A stretch of DNA of 63,840 nt, counting the filler, from Octopus bimaculoides (taxonomy: Eukaryota): NCBI RefSeq assembly GCF_001194135.2. It is 5 parts of 5 records of this genome, joined end to end, with 100 filler letters (N's around TTAATTAATTAA, not from the genome) between each part and the next. Parts side by side here need not be neighbours in the genome. Positions count along the whole stretch, not along the records: positions 34,152 to 60,389 come from NC_068991.1; positions 60,490 to 61,739 come from NW_026429210.1; 3 more parts are not named here. The stretch is one strand, 5' to 3'. Of the stretch, positions 51,023 through 61,738 are shown one piece after another (within the stretch, counting starts at the first letter, position 1; each line of letters opens with the position of its first letter). The translations under genes and the position numbers were made by a program. A model generated the notes under the pieces. That model saw only the letters and a list, made by a program, of their open reading frames with translations. It did no database searches and was not told the origin of the DNA.

Positions 51023-52014
51023 TAAAAAACATAAAATTGTTTCATTAAAATAAAAAAAGGAAAAAAAAACGATGATAATGGAAAAAAAAAGAAAAGAAAA
51101 ATATAGATTATAAACTGTGCGCTTAAACGTTCAAATGGTACTGCATGAGAGTGGGGCTTATGCAGCGATTTCATTTTCAGTATTATATAACATTTTCATT
51201 TTCATTCGTTTTACGTTTTTTGTCCCCATTGCGGTGTTCTGTTTGTCCTTGTGCTGTCCCCTCTGTGTGAATGGCCGCAGTGCCAAAATAAAGAAAGAGG
51301 GAGCAGGCGTTAATCGCAGGAAGTCGTAAGGTGTCGCTTTGGTAGTTGTCGGAACATCGTTTGTTGGTTCGTGTATAGTTCGTGGAGAGTTTGTTGGATT
51401 GTTACGTTGTTGTTACTCTGATTCGTTATATATTTTATTGTCACCTCACGGTTATAGTATAAACAAATATCATCATAAATAGTGGCGATACTACAATAAT
51501 TGGCGACGAGTAACTACGTTATAATACATACACACATATGTATGTATGATGTATACTTATAAATACTAACCGTAAATGCTAATTCTGAAAAAGCCCTGAC
51601 CCTATATAAGACCATGATAAGATTCAGGTGATGTTCGAAACTATTACTTGGTCAGAACAGATCTGGGCCAATTGGTGTGAGCTTACGATTTTTGGGTGAG
51701 GGAGGAAGGCTGCTACACCCGACAAAAGAAAAAATGGAAACCTTTTCTTAAAAATAATTCGTTCAAGTTTTTATTTCATTCTTTTCTGTTACTTTTAAGT
51801 TCGTGATGTTCACAACAAGTACATGTATATAACTGTGGCCTGAAGTAGAGTTCACGATGAGGATTCAGTTGTTCGATCAATTGATTTACCTGCTCCTGAA
51901 TGAATGTGTAAGCGATTGAGCATTCCACGCACACATATCTTTAACGTAATTCTCAGTCAGAATCAGTATGACACAGAATGGTAAGGCTGTACTTTTTAAT
52001 GTACAGATATAACC

Positions 52015-52190
52015 CATACAAGGGTCTTCTATTCAGTTTCCCTCTACCAAATTTCCCTCACAATATATAGGTCGACCCGAGGCTATAGAAAATTAAATTT
52101 GCTCGAGTTGCCATGAAGCCTAAACGGAATCGAACGTGGAACTTCTGGTTGCGAAGAGAACTCTTTAATATTCGGTAATACTGCACCTAT
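52015..52190 (-). mobile_element. SINE family C, degenerate
   Basis: gggtcttctattcagtttccctctaccaaat...ggtcgacccgaggctatag. Confidence 0.55.
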
Positions 52191-52484
52191 TATATAACTA
52201 TAATACATACATAAGCCATATGCATTTGTAACTGATTATAGAAATACTTTATCAGCGCATTGAAATAGGGCTTACATTTTTCGTCTAGGCTCGGCGTAAT
52301 ATCAGATGTAATGATGCCTATATTTCACATCTAACTTGGATGTAATACCATTCGTAGTGAAATCCATATTTCACACCTGTCTTGGGCCTATGATTAGTTC
52401 TAATGGAGCTATATTTCCCATCTTTCTTGGGATTATTACCACTTGTATTTGAGCTCATATTTTACATCTGATCTGAATATATTA

Positions 52485-53506
52485 CACTGGTCAACAAAAT
52501 AAAACTTATTTTCTGGCATAAAATCTTAAAGCTGTTTTAGACTAATTTTGGGGGGCTGATCCCAAGACTGACCTCAGATTTGCTCTATCACATCATATTT
52601 TTGTGCCATAGGTATATACCTTTATTTAACTTTACACCACTATTTGCAGGAACTTTGGCTGGATTGTCATGCTAATTTTGAATATGTCTAAGCGAGTTTT
52701 GCTTTAGAACCCTTCCTTTTCTTTTCAGGTGTGAACTGAACCACTGTGTTCTCGTTATGGATACAACTTCAAAAAGAATGACGTGCTGTAATATTTGATG
52801 AACCTCAAATAAGAACACTCATCAGGGATTCACATTTTGTTACAACAATGTGTGCGGCGGAAGAATTTCCTTGAGGACAGGAAAGCTGACAACTATTAAG
52901 AGATTATGGAAGAGCTGCTCCTGAGTTTGCAAGCACTTGGATGTAGAATGAGCATTAAATTGCACTACTTACATAGTCACTTAGGTGAGTTTCCAGAGAA
53001 CCTGGGTAGTGTTAGCGAAGAACAAGGAATAAAAGTAATTGAAGCACGCTACCAAGGCCGATGGGACTTAAACATGGTGGCAAGTTATTGCTGGAGCTTG
53101 ATGGGAGACATTCCAGAAGCTGTGCACAAGAGATCATAAAAAAAGAGGAGTTCTTGCAGAAATAAAATGATCAGAATGAATGACCACAATGAATAGACAA
53201 TTTGTTTTCGTATTTTGATATAGCCAAGCATAATTCTTACATGCTAATGTGCATTTACCTACACAACTTTGTGTTTTGATTTATTAAATTGAAAATAAAA
53301 GACGGATTGTCTATTAAAAACTGCATCTACGTATATCTAATTCTTCATTTATGAGCATTAAATAGCTGTTTCTAGCAATATTAAAAGATTTTATAATCCA
53401 AAAATCTGAGGTGATAGACAAAATTTGATGAGAGAGTTGGATTCAGCACCCCAAAATTAGCTAAACCTTGATAAACCTTGTGCTAGAAAATGTGTATTGA
53501 CTAGTG
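52485..53506 (+). mobile_element. Internally deleted DNA transposon with DDE transposase C-terminal remnant (family uncertain, Tc1/mariner-related)
   Basis: Imperfect TIRs CACTGGTCAA...TTTTCTGGCA / TGCTAGAAAA...TTGACTAGTG with inverted subterminal ctaattttgggg / ccccaaaattag; ORF 52906..53139 CRMSIKLHYLHSHLGEFPENLGSVSEEQG..RYQGRW...YCWSL. Confidence 0.7.
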
Positions 53507-54232
53507 TTATCAGTTCTTATAGTGCTCATGTTTCATACCTTCCCTGGACGTTTCACTAGTTGGAGTGGACCATACATTTCACATCTGTCCTGAGCCTATC
53601 ACCAGTTGTAATAGAGCCTATGTAAGGACTGAATCTTTTACCATCTTGTTAAGGGCTTCATTAACTAACACCAACATTTCCAACAGAGTTAAATACTTTT
53701 ATGAGTTCCTTAAAAGCAACCAACGGTTGAATCAGTCGTATGATGGATTCAATACCTAGCTGTTGCTAGCCTCATACTTTTATGCTTGAGTTCAAATACG
53801 AAACAACGGCGACTTTACAGTTGGTTTTTCTGGAGTTGATAAAAAAATACTAGGTGATCATTGGGATGGTAGAGGTCATTTTAATCGGCTTTATTAGTCC
53901 ATCTGCAAAATGCTACATCCTTATGAGAGAAATCATTATTTATGCTTTTGTTTAATCGAATGCTTTCGGTTCTTCTCCAGTATTTCAATCGTTGTCAGCA
54001 GTATTTTGAAATATCTGTGTTCAGTTGCTTAACGGGTCACGACTGATCATCAAACACAGGAGATTTAGAACAGGCAACACTAAAAGCTTATATATTATAT
54101 ATCACTGCCGACTTGTAGCTGTTTCTATTTACCCCACTGAAATTTTCCACCATTTCTGAAAGGTAAATTACAGACACATGCGCACACATTGGCCAACATG
54201 TATACAACACATACACAAACACATATATATGT

Positions 54233-54245
54233 GTGTGTGTGTATG

Positions 54246-54321
<76 letters not shown>

Positions 54322-54365
54322 TGCGTATGTGTTTGTGTGTATATATATATATATATATATACACA
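54233..54365. repeat. (AT)n / (GT)n microsatellite complex
   Basis: Direct reading; source of the IYIYIY pseudo-ORFs. Confidence 0.95.
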
Positions 54366-57225
54366 CAAACACATACGCAAACATATACACAACCACATAT
54401 GTATGGATGGATGGATGTGCGTGAGTGTGTATGGATGCATATATGCATGCATAGTATGCATGTGTGTGCATGTATCCTCGTATGTATGCATGAGCATGTG
54501 TGTGCGTTGGTATGCACGCAGCATGTATGTGTAATTATGTATATGTTTATTCATGATGTGCATGTGTGCGTGTGTAGGTGTGTATATATGTATTCATACA
54601 TCTTTCATTTGTTTATCTGTGGGTTTCTACAGGAGGTCAAAGGTAAAATTAACAGAAGACCTCAAAAGCCTTTCTCATAAATCTAGTATGTCTGTTGTAT
54701 CAGGCTTGGTGCACGCGCCACTGCTCACCACCCACTGTCACGAGTGATGTCAGAAACCTTCTAGCTATTCATTAATTACATTAGCTTTCGGTTAACATCT
54801 TTCATATGTAATTTATAATTCTGAACAAATTAGCGATAATAAATGTAAGCTATGGGAAATATTGAATGAAATATGACGTTGGAAGCCCTAGATTTTAGTT
54901 GTTATCAAATGTAAATAACACATGAGAGCTGTCAGAAAATTTAATAGGTATCACATCATCTGTCTTTATAAAGTGTACATATGAACACACACACACAGAA
55001 TATATTTTATATAGAGTTTGCAGTGCGGGACATTCCCTCTATCAGCTGTCGACTTGTGATCTTAATGGTTTCGACACCTTCCAAGATTACCACTCTCTCC
55101 ATCAGTACCATGCTGCAGCGAATAGAGAGGTTCTAGTTCTTTGTTACACATTGTAGCATATTCTTTCTTCTGTTATCCAAGAAGCTACTTTTTCAAAAAA
55201 AAAAAAAAAAAAAAAAAGGGCAGATGCAACCACCCAACAACCATTTTGTTTTAGTAATTACTGGGTATTTATTTTTCACTTTCAGTTTTGCTCCTTTCCT
55301 CTTTGCATCATAACTGCTATTATAACCCCGATGGATTCCATTCTCCACTCTGCAGTCTGGAACTCAGTGTTCCCCATGAAAGGCACTGCTGATCTAGTTA
55401 AAAACACATAGCACTCCACATACACATGAAGTACAGTACATTATCACTCTATTCCTTCACATGCTTCCACGAGTTCCTCATAATTTAATCATTCTTTTGT
55501 GCACTTTCTCAATATTGCTCCATAAAGGCATCGTTAATTTCAAAATCAGGAAGTTATCTCAAGTCAGATCATGAAATAAGTCCAGACCATTGCTTGGTTA
55601 TTGCTGTGCAGATAGAGAACACGACTGCTTTCTGCAGATTCTCTTGTAATTTCTAGCCATTAATACCACTCAAAAGTCTGGGACTTAGATTTACTTTACC
55701 TCTACTAAAGCAATATAAGAATCTATTAAAGCTACATAAGAGGTGTTAAACTGTGCAGCGTGTTAGGCTTTGCATTGATAATTTATCATCAGGTTCTTAA
55801 CAGCATAGAGCGGATATTTCGGCATATTGTAATTTCAGAGGAGTTAATCTTCGTGATATTTAGTACAATGTTCTGGTGAATGTAAAAGAGCTTAAAGCTG
55901 CAGAGAAAATGCCTAAAAATGAATAAACGATTAAGTAAATTTGCATAACGATGTTAGTTCGATATTAGTCCATTAATATTTATCTATTTTATTGACAAAC
56001 GGAGATTTAACTATATGATACAGATAGCTTCTACGTCGCTGCTTGGTCTGCTAGAAATAACATGAAATCTTCAAACTACATCGCCTCCTGCCTTCCGTCA
56101 TTTCTTGTTATCATTGCTGTTTACAGTAAAACTTTGTGCCGTCATCACTTCACCAAAACCTTTATTTCCAGCTCTGCAATGGTCCAAGACTGAGATTTTA
56201 TCCTCGTTTTCCCTACATATATCCATATAAAACCACACCGACCCCATTAGCCTGGAGGAAAGGTTAAGGCATTGTCATGCTATCTTGAACTAGCAGTAAA
56301 AGTTTAAGGTCATTATACGGCATACAAATCTGTCTAATTGAGATATTGATGTTTCTTCTAAAAAAAACCCCATCTCTTGTCAGGTGAAATGGGAATTCAA
56401 ACTTAAATCGACTGAGTGTGCCAAATATTTGGCAGTGTTGCAAATAGCATGAGAATCTTTCTAAAGTTTGTTGCTCTTTCTTCTGTTATCCAAGAAGCTA
56501 CTTTGTCAAAAAAAAAGGTGGGGGGCAGATGCAACCACCCAACAACCATTTTGTTTTAGTAATTACTGGGTATTTATTTTTCCCTTTCAGCTTTGCTCCT
56601 TTCCTCTTTGCATCATAACTGCTATTATATTATGAGCTAATTTATAAAATATCAAGGTCACGTCAATTCCTCAGTGAACCGCCATCTAAAATATCAACCG
56701 TTTTTTCAATTTCTTCATAAACCACCATGTAAAAGTTCAAGGCTATTTCAATTCCTCCATGAACCAATACGTTAAATGTTAAGGTCATTTCAATGCCTCC
56801 ATCAACTAAGATAATAAAAGTCAAAGACTTCTGAATCCAGCCATGAAGCAGCATGTAAAATGTCATGGTCACAGCTATTTTTTTCATGAATTATTTTGTG
56901 AAAAAACAAAAAAAAGTATTTATTTATGAGGTAGACTGAATCTTTTTAAAAGTCTTGTTTAGCTCCGAGTTAACGCTTGTCGATTATATTTATAATCAAA
57001 GGTATACATCACCGTAAGTTAGGATTTGAGGGAAACTTGGCAGCTATTTCTAACTGATCGATCGAAAATGTAGAGGCTCTCTCGTCAGTTCGTAGTTAAG
57101 TGTTCTTTTAGGTTTGATCAAAACATGGTTTATTTTAATAATGGGTAGTGTAACAACGTCTGTAATCGGAACCAGTAGAAATCTGTCTTTATCAAGTTAA
57201 TAATATACAAAGAAGTCTATACAAT

Positions 57226-57409
57226 TTACTGGCTCAGTGGAATTTTTAGTTTTAATACTTCCGTCTTCAAGATTGCTCCATTCATGACTACCACTTCATG
57301 TTCTGTAGCATCTTCGAACGGGTTTTGCAGAATGCTAGATGAGAAGGGATTGCCAACCTCTGGTTCAACCCTCTCAGGAAAGGGATACTGCAAAACAATG
57401 TAGTCGAAT
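57226..57409 (-). CDS. Possible terminal coding exon of an unidentified minus-strand gene
   Basis: Strong acceptor TTCTTCTCACATTTTCTCTCCAG, then 1 nt + 60 non-repetitive codons (FDYIVLQYPFPERVEPEVGNPF...KLKIPLSQ) + TAA; in-frame stop just upstream in the presumed intron; no upstream exon identified. Confidence 0.38.
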
Positions 57410-58611
57410 CTGGAGAGAAAATGTGAGAAGAATCAACTCGATTTCTTGACTGGCACCATATTTTCCGATTCCAGTACTTGACTAGTACTTTATTTATTGA
57501 CCACGTAGGGAATAAATGACAAAGTTGACCCCGGTGAGGTATGAACACAATTCAAAAAGCCAAGACTGAGTACTACAAAGCATCTATCTGATTCTTTAAC
57601 GATTTTGTTAAATGACTGCCTTAACTAAAATCGCTATTTCAACTAAAAGAAGTCCTGTGACGTTTTTGCGCGCGTTTCCTATGTTTTTTGTTTTGTTTTT
57701 CATGTATTTTGCCCGTAGAAAAATAGATTTGCATAAAAGAAGTTATGTTATATAAATGATTTGCGATTAAATATGTGAACGTCTAAATACAAAATATTGA
57801 AAAATCACGAGTAATTGGAGGCTGTGAAATAATTATATGCATTAATAATTGTATGTAATTAATGAAAAGTAAAACAATGAAAAATCTAACGAAGATGTGG
57901 AAAGTAGGCCTTACTCGTTGAATGTTTAATTGCTTGTGATAAAAATGGAATGATTCGAAGTGACATAACTGTCACAGAATACGTCCTTAATCTCTCGGCG
58001 TGAATAAATAACGGGAAAACATCTCACTCATTCTGCAACTGCTGGATATCATTAGTATACTATCTGATAGAGGTATCTCAAAGGAAGACGGCAATCTGTT
58101 ATTGATGGACACACACACACAAACTATTTCTCACACATGGTAGTAAAACTTCGTCGTTCGACGATGAGGATTCACTTGTTCGGTTAACTGGATTACCTGA
58201 TCCAGAATTAACCTGGTTAAGTATTCAATAGACATGCGTAACAACGTAATTCTCCGGCAGAATCAGCGTAACTGTGTGTGAAAAAGCTGTACCTTTGAAT
58301 TACAGGTACAATCCAACCGACAATTACATTACGAAAAACAGAGGAATGAATACAGTACTGTCCTTTTAATCAAGCACACTATCCAATCCGACAGTGTAAA
58401 ATACCTGTTCAATGTAAATATGCACTATAATACAGTAAATTCAACACTTTTTTTTATTATTTAAAATTAAACTTACCATTGATGGGGAAGAAGTGTGATA
58501 TGCTGTGATTTTGTCCGCTGTTTCCGAAATCCGTTAAAGGGAGGTCCGTTGTACCGAGGTATGAGTGTATATATACACACTCACACGCATACACCTAAAT
58601 GCATACAGATT

Positions 58612-58642
<31 letters not shown>

Positions 58643-58903
58643 GCCCTCACACACACACAAACATGGACACAAACACAAACATGGACACAAACACACACAC
58701 AAAGACATATATACACGTACACGCACACAAACATAAATCGTTATTAATCCAAATAGGTGTTAGTACAGAAGCCAAGTTGAAAATACACAGAGAAAAGATT
58801 AGAATTTATTTAGATTTTAAAATATATAAAAACGCTTGACAGGTTTTATATTTGATTTTCAAAAGTGTATTTTATATGGAGCTATGTCGCAAATTCTGTC
58901 TGT

Positions 58904-58955
<52 letters not shown>

Positions 58956-59149
58956 GCGCAAGGACATACACATATATAGTTAAAAACAATTTGGTGGTGG
59001 TGTTGGAAGTGGCAGTGGTGAGTGGATAGTGAAAAGTAATTTAAAAAAAAAATTGAACTTAGTTTTTTATATCACCTATCACTTAACGCATGCACATAAG
59101 TACAATTATTGATCGTCTGCTCGCTTGAAAATTTATATTTGTTTATGAA

Positions 59150-59620
59150 ATATAGATGACAGACGATGTAAGCCAACATCAGAAAGAATGAAACCGAATA
59201 GGCAATGACACAAAGAGAAGCAGAGGTTCGAAACATTAGAACCATCACGGGAGCATCAGCGTGTTGAATGGAAAATATGAATCAAAGCGTATAGAGTATC
59301 TACAACAGATAAGAGTACGTATTCAAGCTAGAATATAAAATGTAAATCAGAGAGAACAAAAAAAAAAAAAACAACCCAAAACAAGCAAAAACCTGCAAAC
59401 ATACGGTTGAAAGTTACATTAGTGACATGAATATTCTCTGTAATCATTGTGAAACGTATGCACGCGACCAGTTTAAATTGCCCACCGAAAACTCCTTGTG
59501 CGATATGGTAAAAAATGCCACCGCAGTGAATATAATGACGAAATAAATATATAAATGAATCTCTGAACTCCTGAGAGTATGGGAAATTCATGCTCCTTCA
59601 ATCACAGCCTTATCCAGAAC
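59150..59620 (+). mobile_element. Possible Helitron-like coding relic
   Basis: VESYISDMNILCNHCETYA resembles the MNxxCxHC zinc-binding segment upstream of Helitron Rep; heavily degraded. Confidence 0.3.
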
Positions 59621-60055
59621 TAAAAGGTGTTTTTAAAAGAAAACGATGCAGAATATACAATTTATAAAGAAATGCTAATTTTTATGTCTCTATATAAACT
59701 TACAATCATCTAAAAACTTTCACATTTACCGTGGAATTTCCGCAGGTACTGCTGTATAAATTTGCCAAACTATTGTCTCTACGGCATGAAACTATTAATA
59801 GCTATTTTAAAAAATTTGTGTATATTTTTTGTTGATCCTAACTATAACGAAATAGAAAACTATATATATATACATATAAAATTACATACATATGCATGTA
59901 TGTATGGATGAATGGATGGATGGATATAGACGCTACTCTAAGCATAGAAAAGATTGCACACTGGATATGTATACATCTGATACGAAAGAATTGCTGCAAT
60001 ATATAACTGTTTGTCTTTCTCCCTCCTTCTCTCTCCCACCTCTCTCTCTCCATCC

Positions 60056-60056
<1 letters not shown>

Positions 60057-60121
<65 letters not shown>
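60057..60121. repeat. (ATCT)n microsatellite
   Basis: Direct reading; another copy at ~46929-46975. Confidence 0.95.
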
Positions 60122-60263
60122 AAATTATAATTTAGGGTATCTAAGAGATACCACCATGCTTGAAATAATAGTCAAACTTTGACTCTAAAACCACATTAAA
60201 TTTTCATACAGCACCAGGAGAAAAGACAAAGAGACAAAATAAACTAGCAAAAATTACTGGATA

Positions 60264-60322
60264 ATTCTAGATCCCGGATTTCTGACTTTGCATAAGAAAT
60301 GCTCTGCCTTCATCAGTCGAAT
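60264..60322 (-). ncRNA. Type I hammerhead ribozyme motif, near-intact
   Basis: Minus strand ATTCGA-CTGATGA-AGGC-aga-GCAT-ttctt-ATGC-aaa-GTC-A-GAAA-TCC-G-GGA-TC-TAGAAT; stem I has one mismatch, stem III is the palindrome ATCC-G-GGAT, cleavage triplet ATC. Confidence 0.6.
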
Positions 60323-60489
60323 ATACTCAGATAGCACATACATACATACATACATACATACATAAATACATACATACATATATATATATNNNNNNNNNNN
60401 NNNNNNNNNNNNNNNNNNNNNNNNNNNNNNNNNTTAATTAATTAANNNNNNNNNNNNNNNNNNNNNNNNNNNNNNNNNNNNNNNNNNNN

Positions 60490-60527
<38 letters not shown>

Positions 60528-61030
60528 AGTATGTATATATACATAAGAAGGCGGCGGTACCTTGCGACTTCCTCATTCATTCGGAATCTCCTTTTTAACT
60601 GTCGTTAGTTTCACACTTTCGTCGTTGTTTGAACGAAGCTGACGCAGAATATTTCTGAAATAGAAACACTTCAATCCGAAATCAAACCCCAATAAACAAA
60701 TCTGGTAAATAATATTCTTCTCTTATTTATTTATCTAACATAGAGTTTACTATTTATATCGTTAAATATTCATTACAACTATTTCAAATGTAAATATATT
60801 GTTCCATAGAAATTTATTTTATTTTCGCGCACCGTTTTATAGACTGGGCAGTGTTATAATTAAAACATTTCGTTTCCAGAATATAATATAAAGTATAGTT
60901 TCGTTATAACTTTGTAAAATCTATTGTTGTATTTGGGGACGGTCATGTTGCCAGTTTTGCCAATAAAAACACCCGCACTGTATATTTGGTGTTAATTTGC
61001 TTCAGCTTTATATTACATTAATCCTATTTC

Positions 61031-61075
61031 GGCCAGAGTTCTTTCGTCACACTTCTGTGACCTCATCAGTGGTCC
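61031..61075 (-). ncRNA. Minimal type I hammerhead-like motif
   Basis: Minus strand GGACCA-CTGATGA-G-GTCACA-gaag-TGTGAC-GAAA-GAA-CTC-TGGCC; perfect 6-bp stem II, 2-bp stem III, CTC triplet, stem I CCA/TGG. Confidence 0.5.
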
Positions 61076-61494
61076 TTTGCTTTCTTGTTTCTTATATGTG
61101 TCCCTCCTTGCTAACGATCAACCATTTTACGATTTGTAAAATCTATTTGATGGAAATTAATGGAAATGTTCATCGAATGATACAATATTTTAGGGGATTT
61201 CTAACTCCCCAGTGAAATTTATAAATTGTAAATGAATTTTATGACTGTTAAGTTAATTGGTTGTTTTTCAAAGCTTAGTTAGGGAGAGAAGGGCCCTGTC
61301 TATGACCCATTACTTTTTCAGGGTCTCTGAGATTTGGAGAGTTGGAGAAAGATATTCTCAAAACAAGAGACGTAACATGACTGCATAGAACAGAGAAATC
61401 ATCCGATAAAATTAGTCCTGGGGCCAGATAATGGTGTTGAAAAAGGCACTGATAGAAATTGACCACCCATAATCTAGTTACAATGTGAAGAGAG

Positions 61495-61538
<44 letters not shown>

Positions 61539-61574
61539 GAGAATGGAGCAACAAATACAAGAAGCAATTCTGTA

Positions 61575-61738
61575 GGGCTAGTTAGCCGTTGTTTTATTAT
61601 GTGGAGGTTATGTAATGAGTCATTGTGGAGGTTGAGGTTATGTAATGAGTCATTGTGGAGGTTGAGGTTATATATGTGGGTATACATTCATGACTCATTA
61701 CATAACCTCCACACAATAAAACAACGGCTAACTAGCCC
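61575..61738. mobile_element. Short MITE with ~50-bp TIRs (PIF/Harbinger-like GGG terminus), internal ~30-bp duplication
   Basis: GGGCTAGTTAGCCGTTGTTTT... / ...AAAACAACGGCTAACTAGCCC; right flank lost in a gap. Confidence 0.7.

Larger units (their letters stand above)
49075..51310 (+). repeat. Head-to-tail array of a ~929-bp ORF-bearing unit (about 2.3 copies, first copy deleted)
   Basis: Shared landmark CTGCATGAG at 49161, 49812 and 51141; 1329 minus 400 (SINE plus one TSD copy) = 929. Confidence 0.85.

Noticed and set aside
53520-54070. Possible LINE endonuclease relic on the minus strand
   Set aside because: Only vague similarity with many stops; not supportable without a profile search.
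54088-54747. Overlapping ORFs rich in CV/YI/HT dipeptides (also 13.3, 24.0, 58.5 and 61.9 kb)
   Set aside because: Translations of (GT)n, (AT)n, (CA)n and (ATGT)n microsatellites.
58433-58560. Minus-strand GTAAGT donor as a possible upstream exon of the 57.4-kb candidate
   Set aside because: The upstream sequence resembles a Tigger-like MITE (cctcggtacaacggac), has no clear acceptor, and the phase does not match.
61275-61466. 63-aa minus-strand ORF with weak splice signals
   Set aside because: No recognisable motif; phase incompatible with the 57409 acceptor; short enough to be chance.
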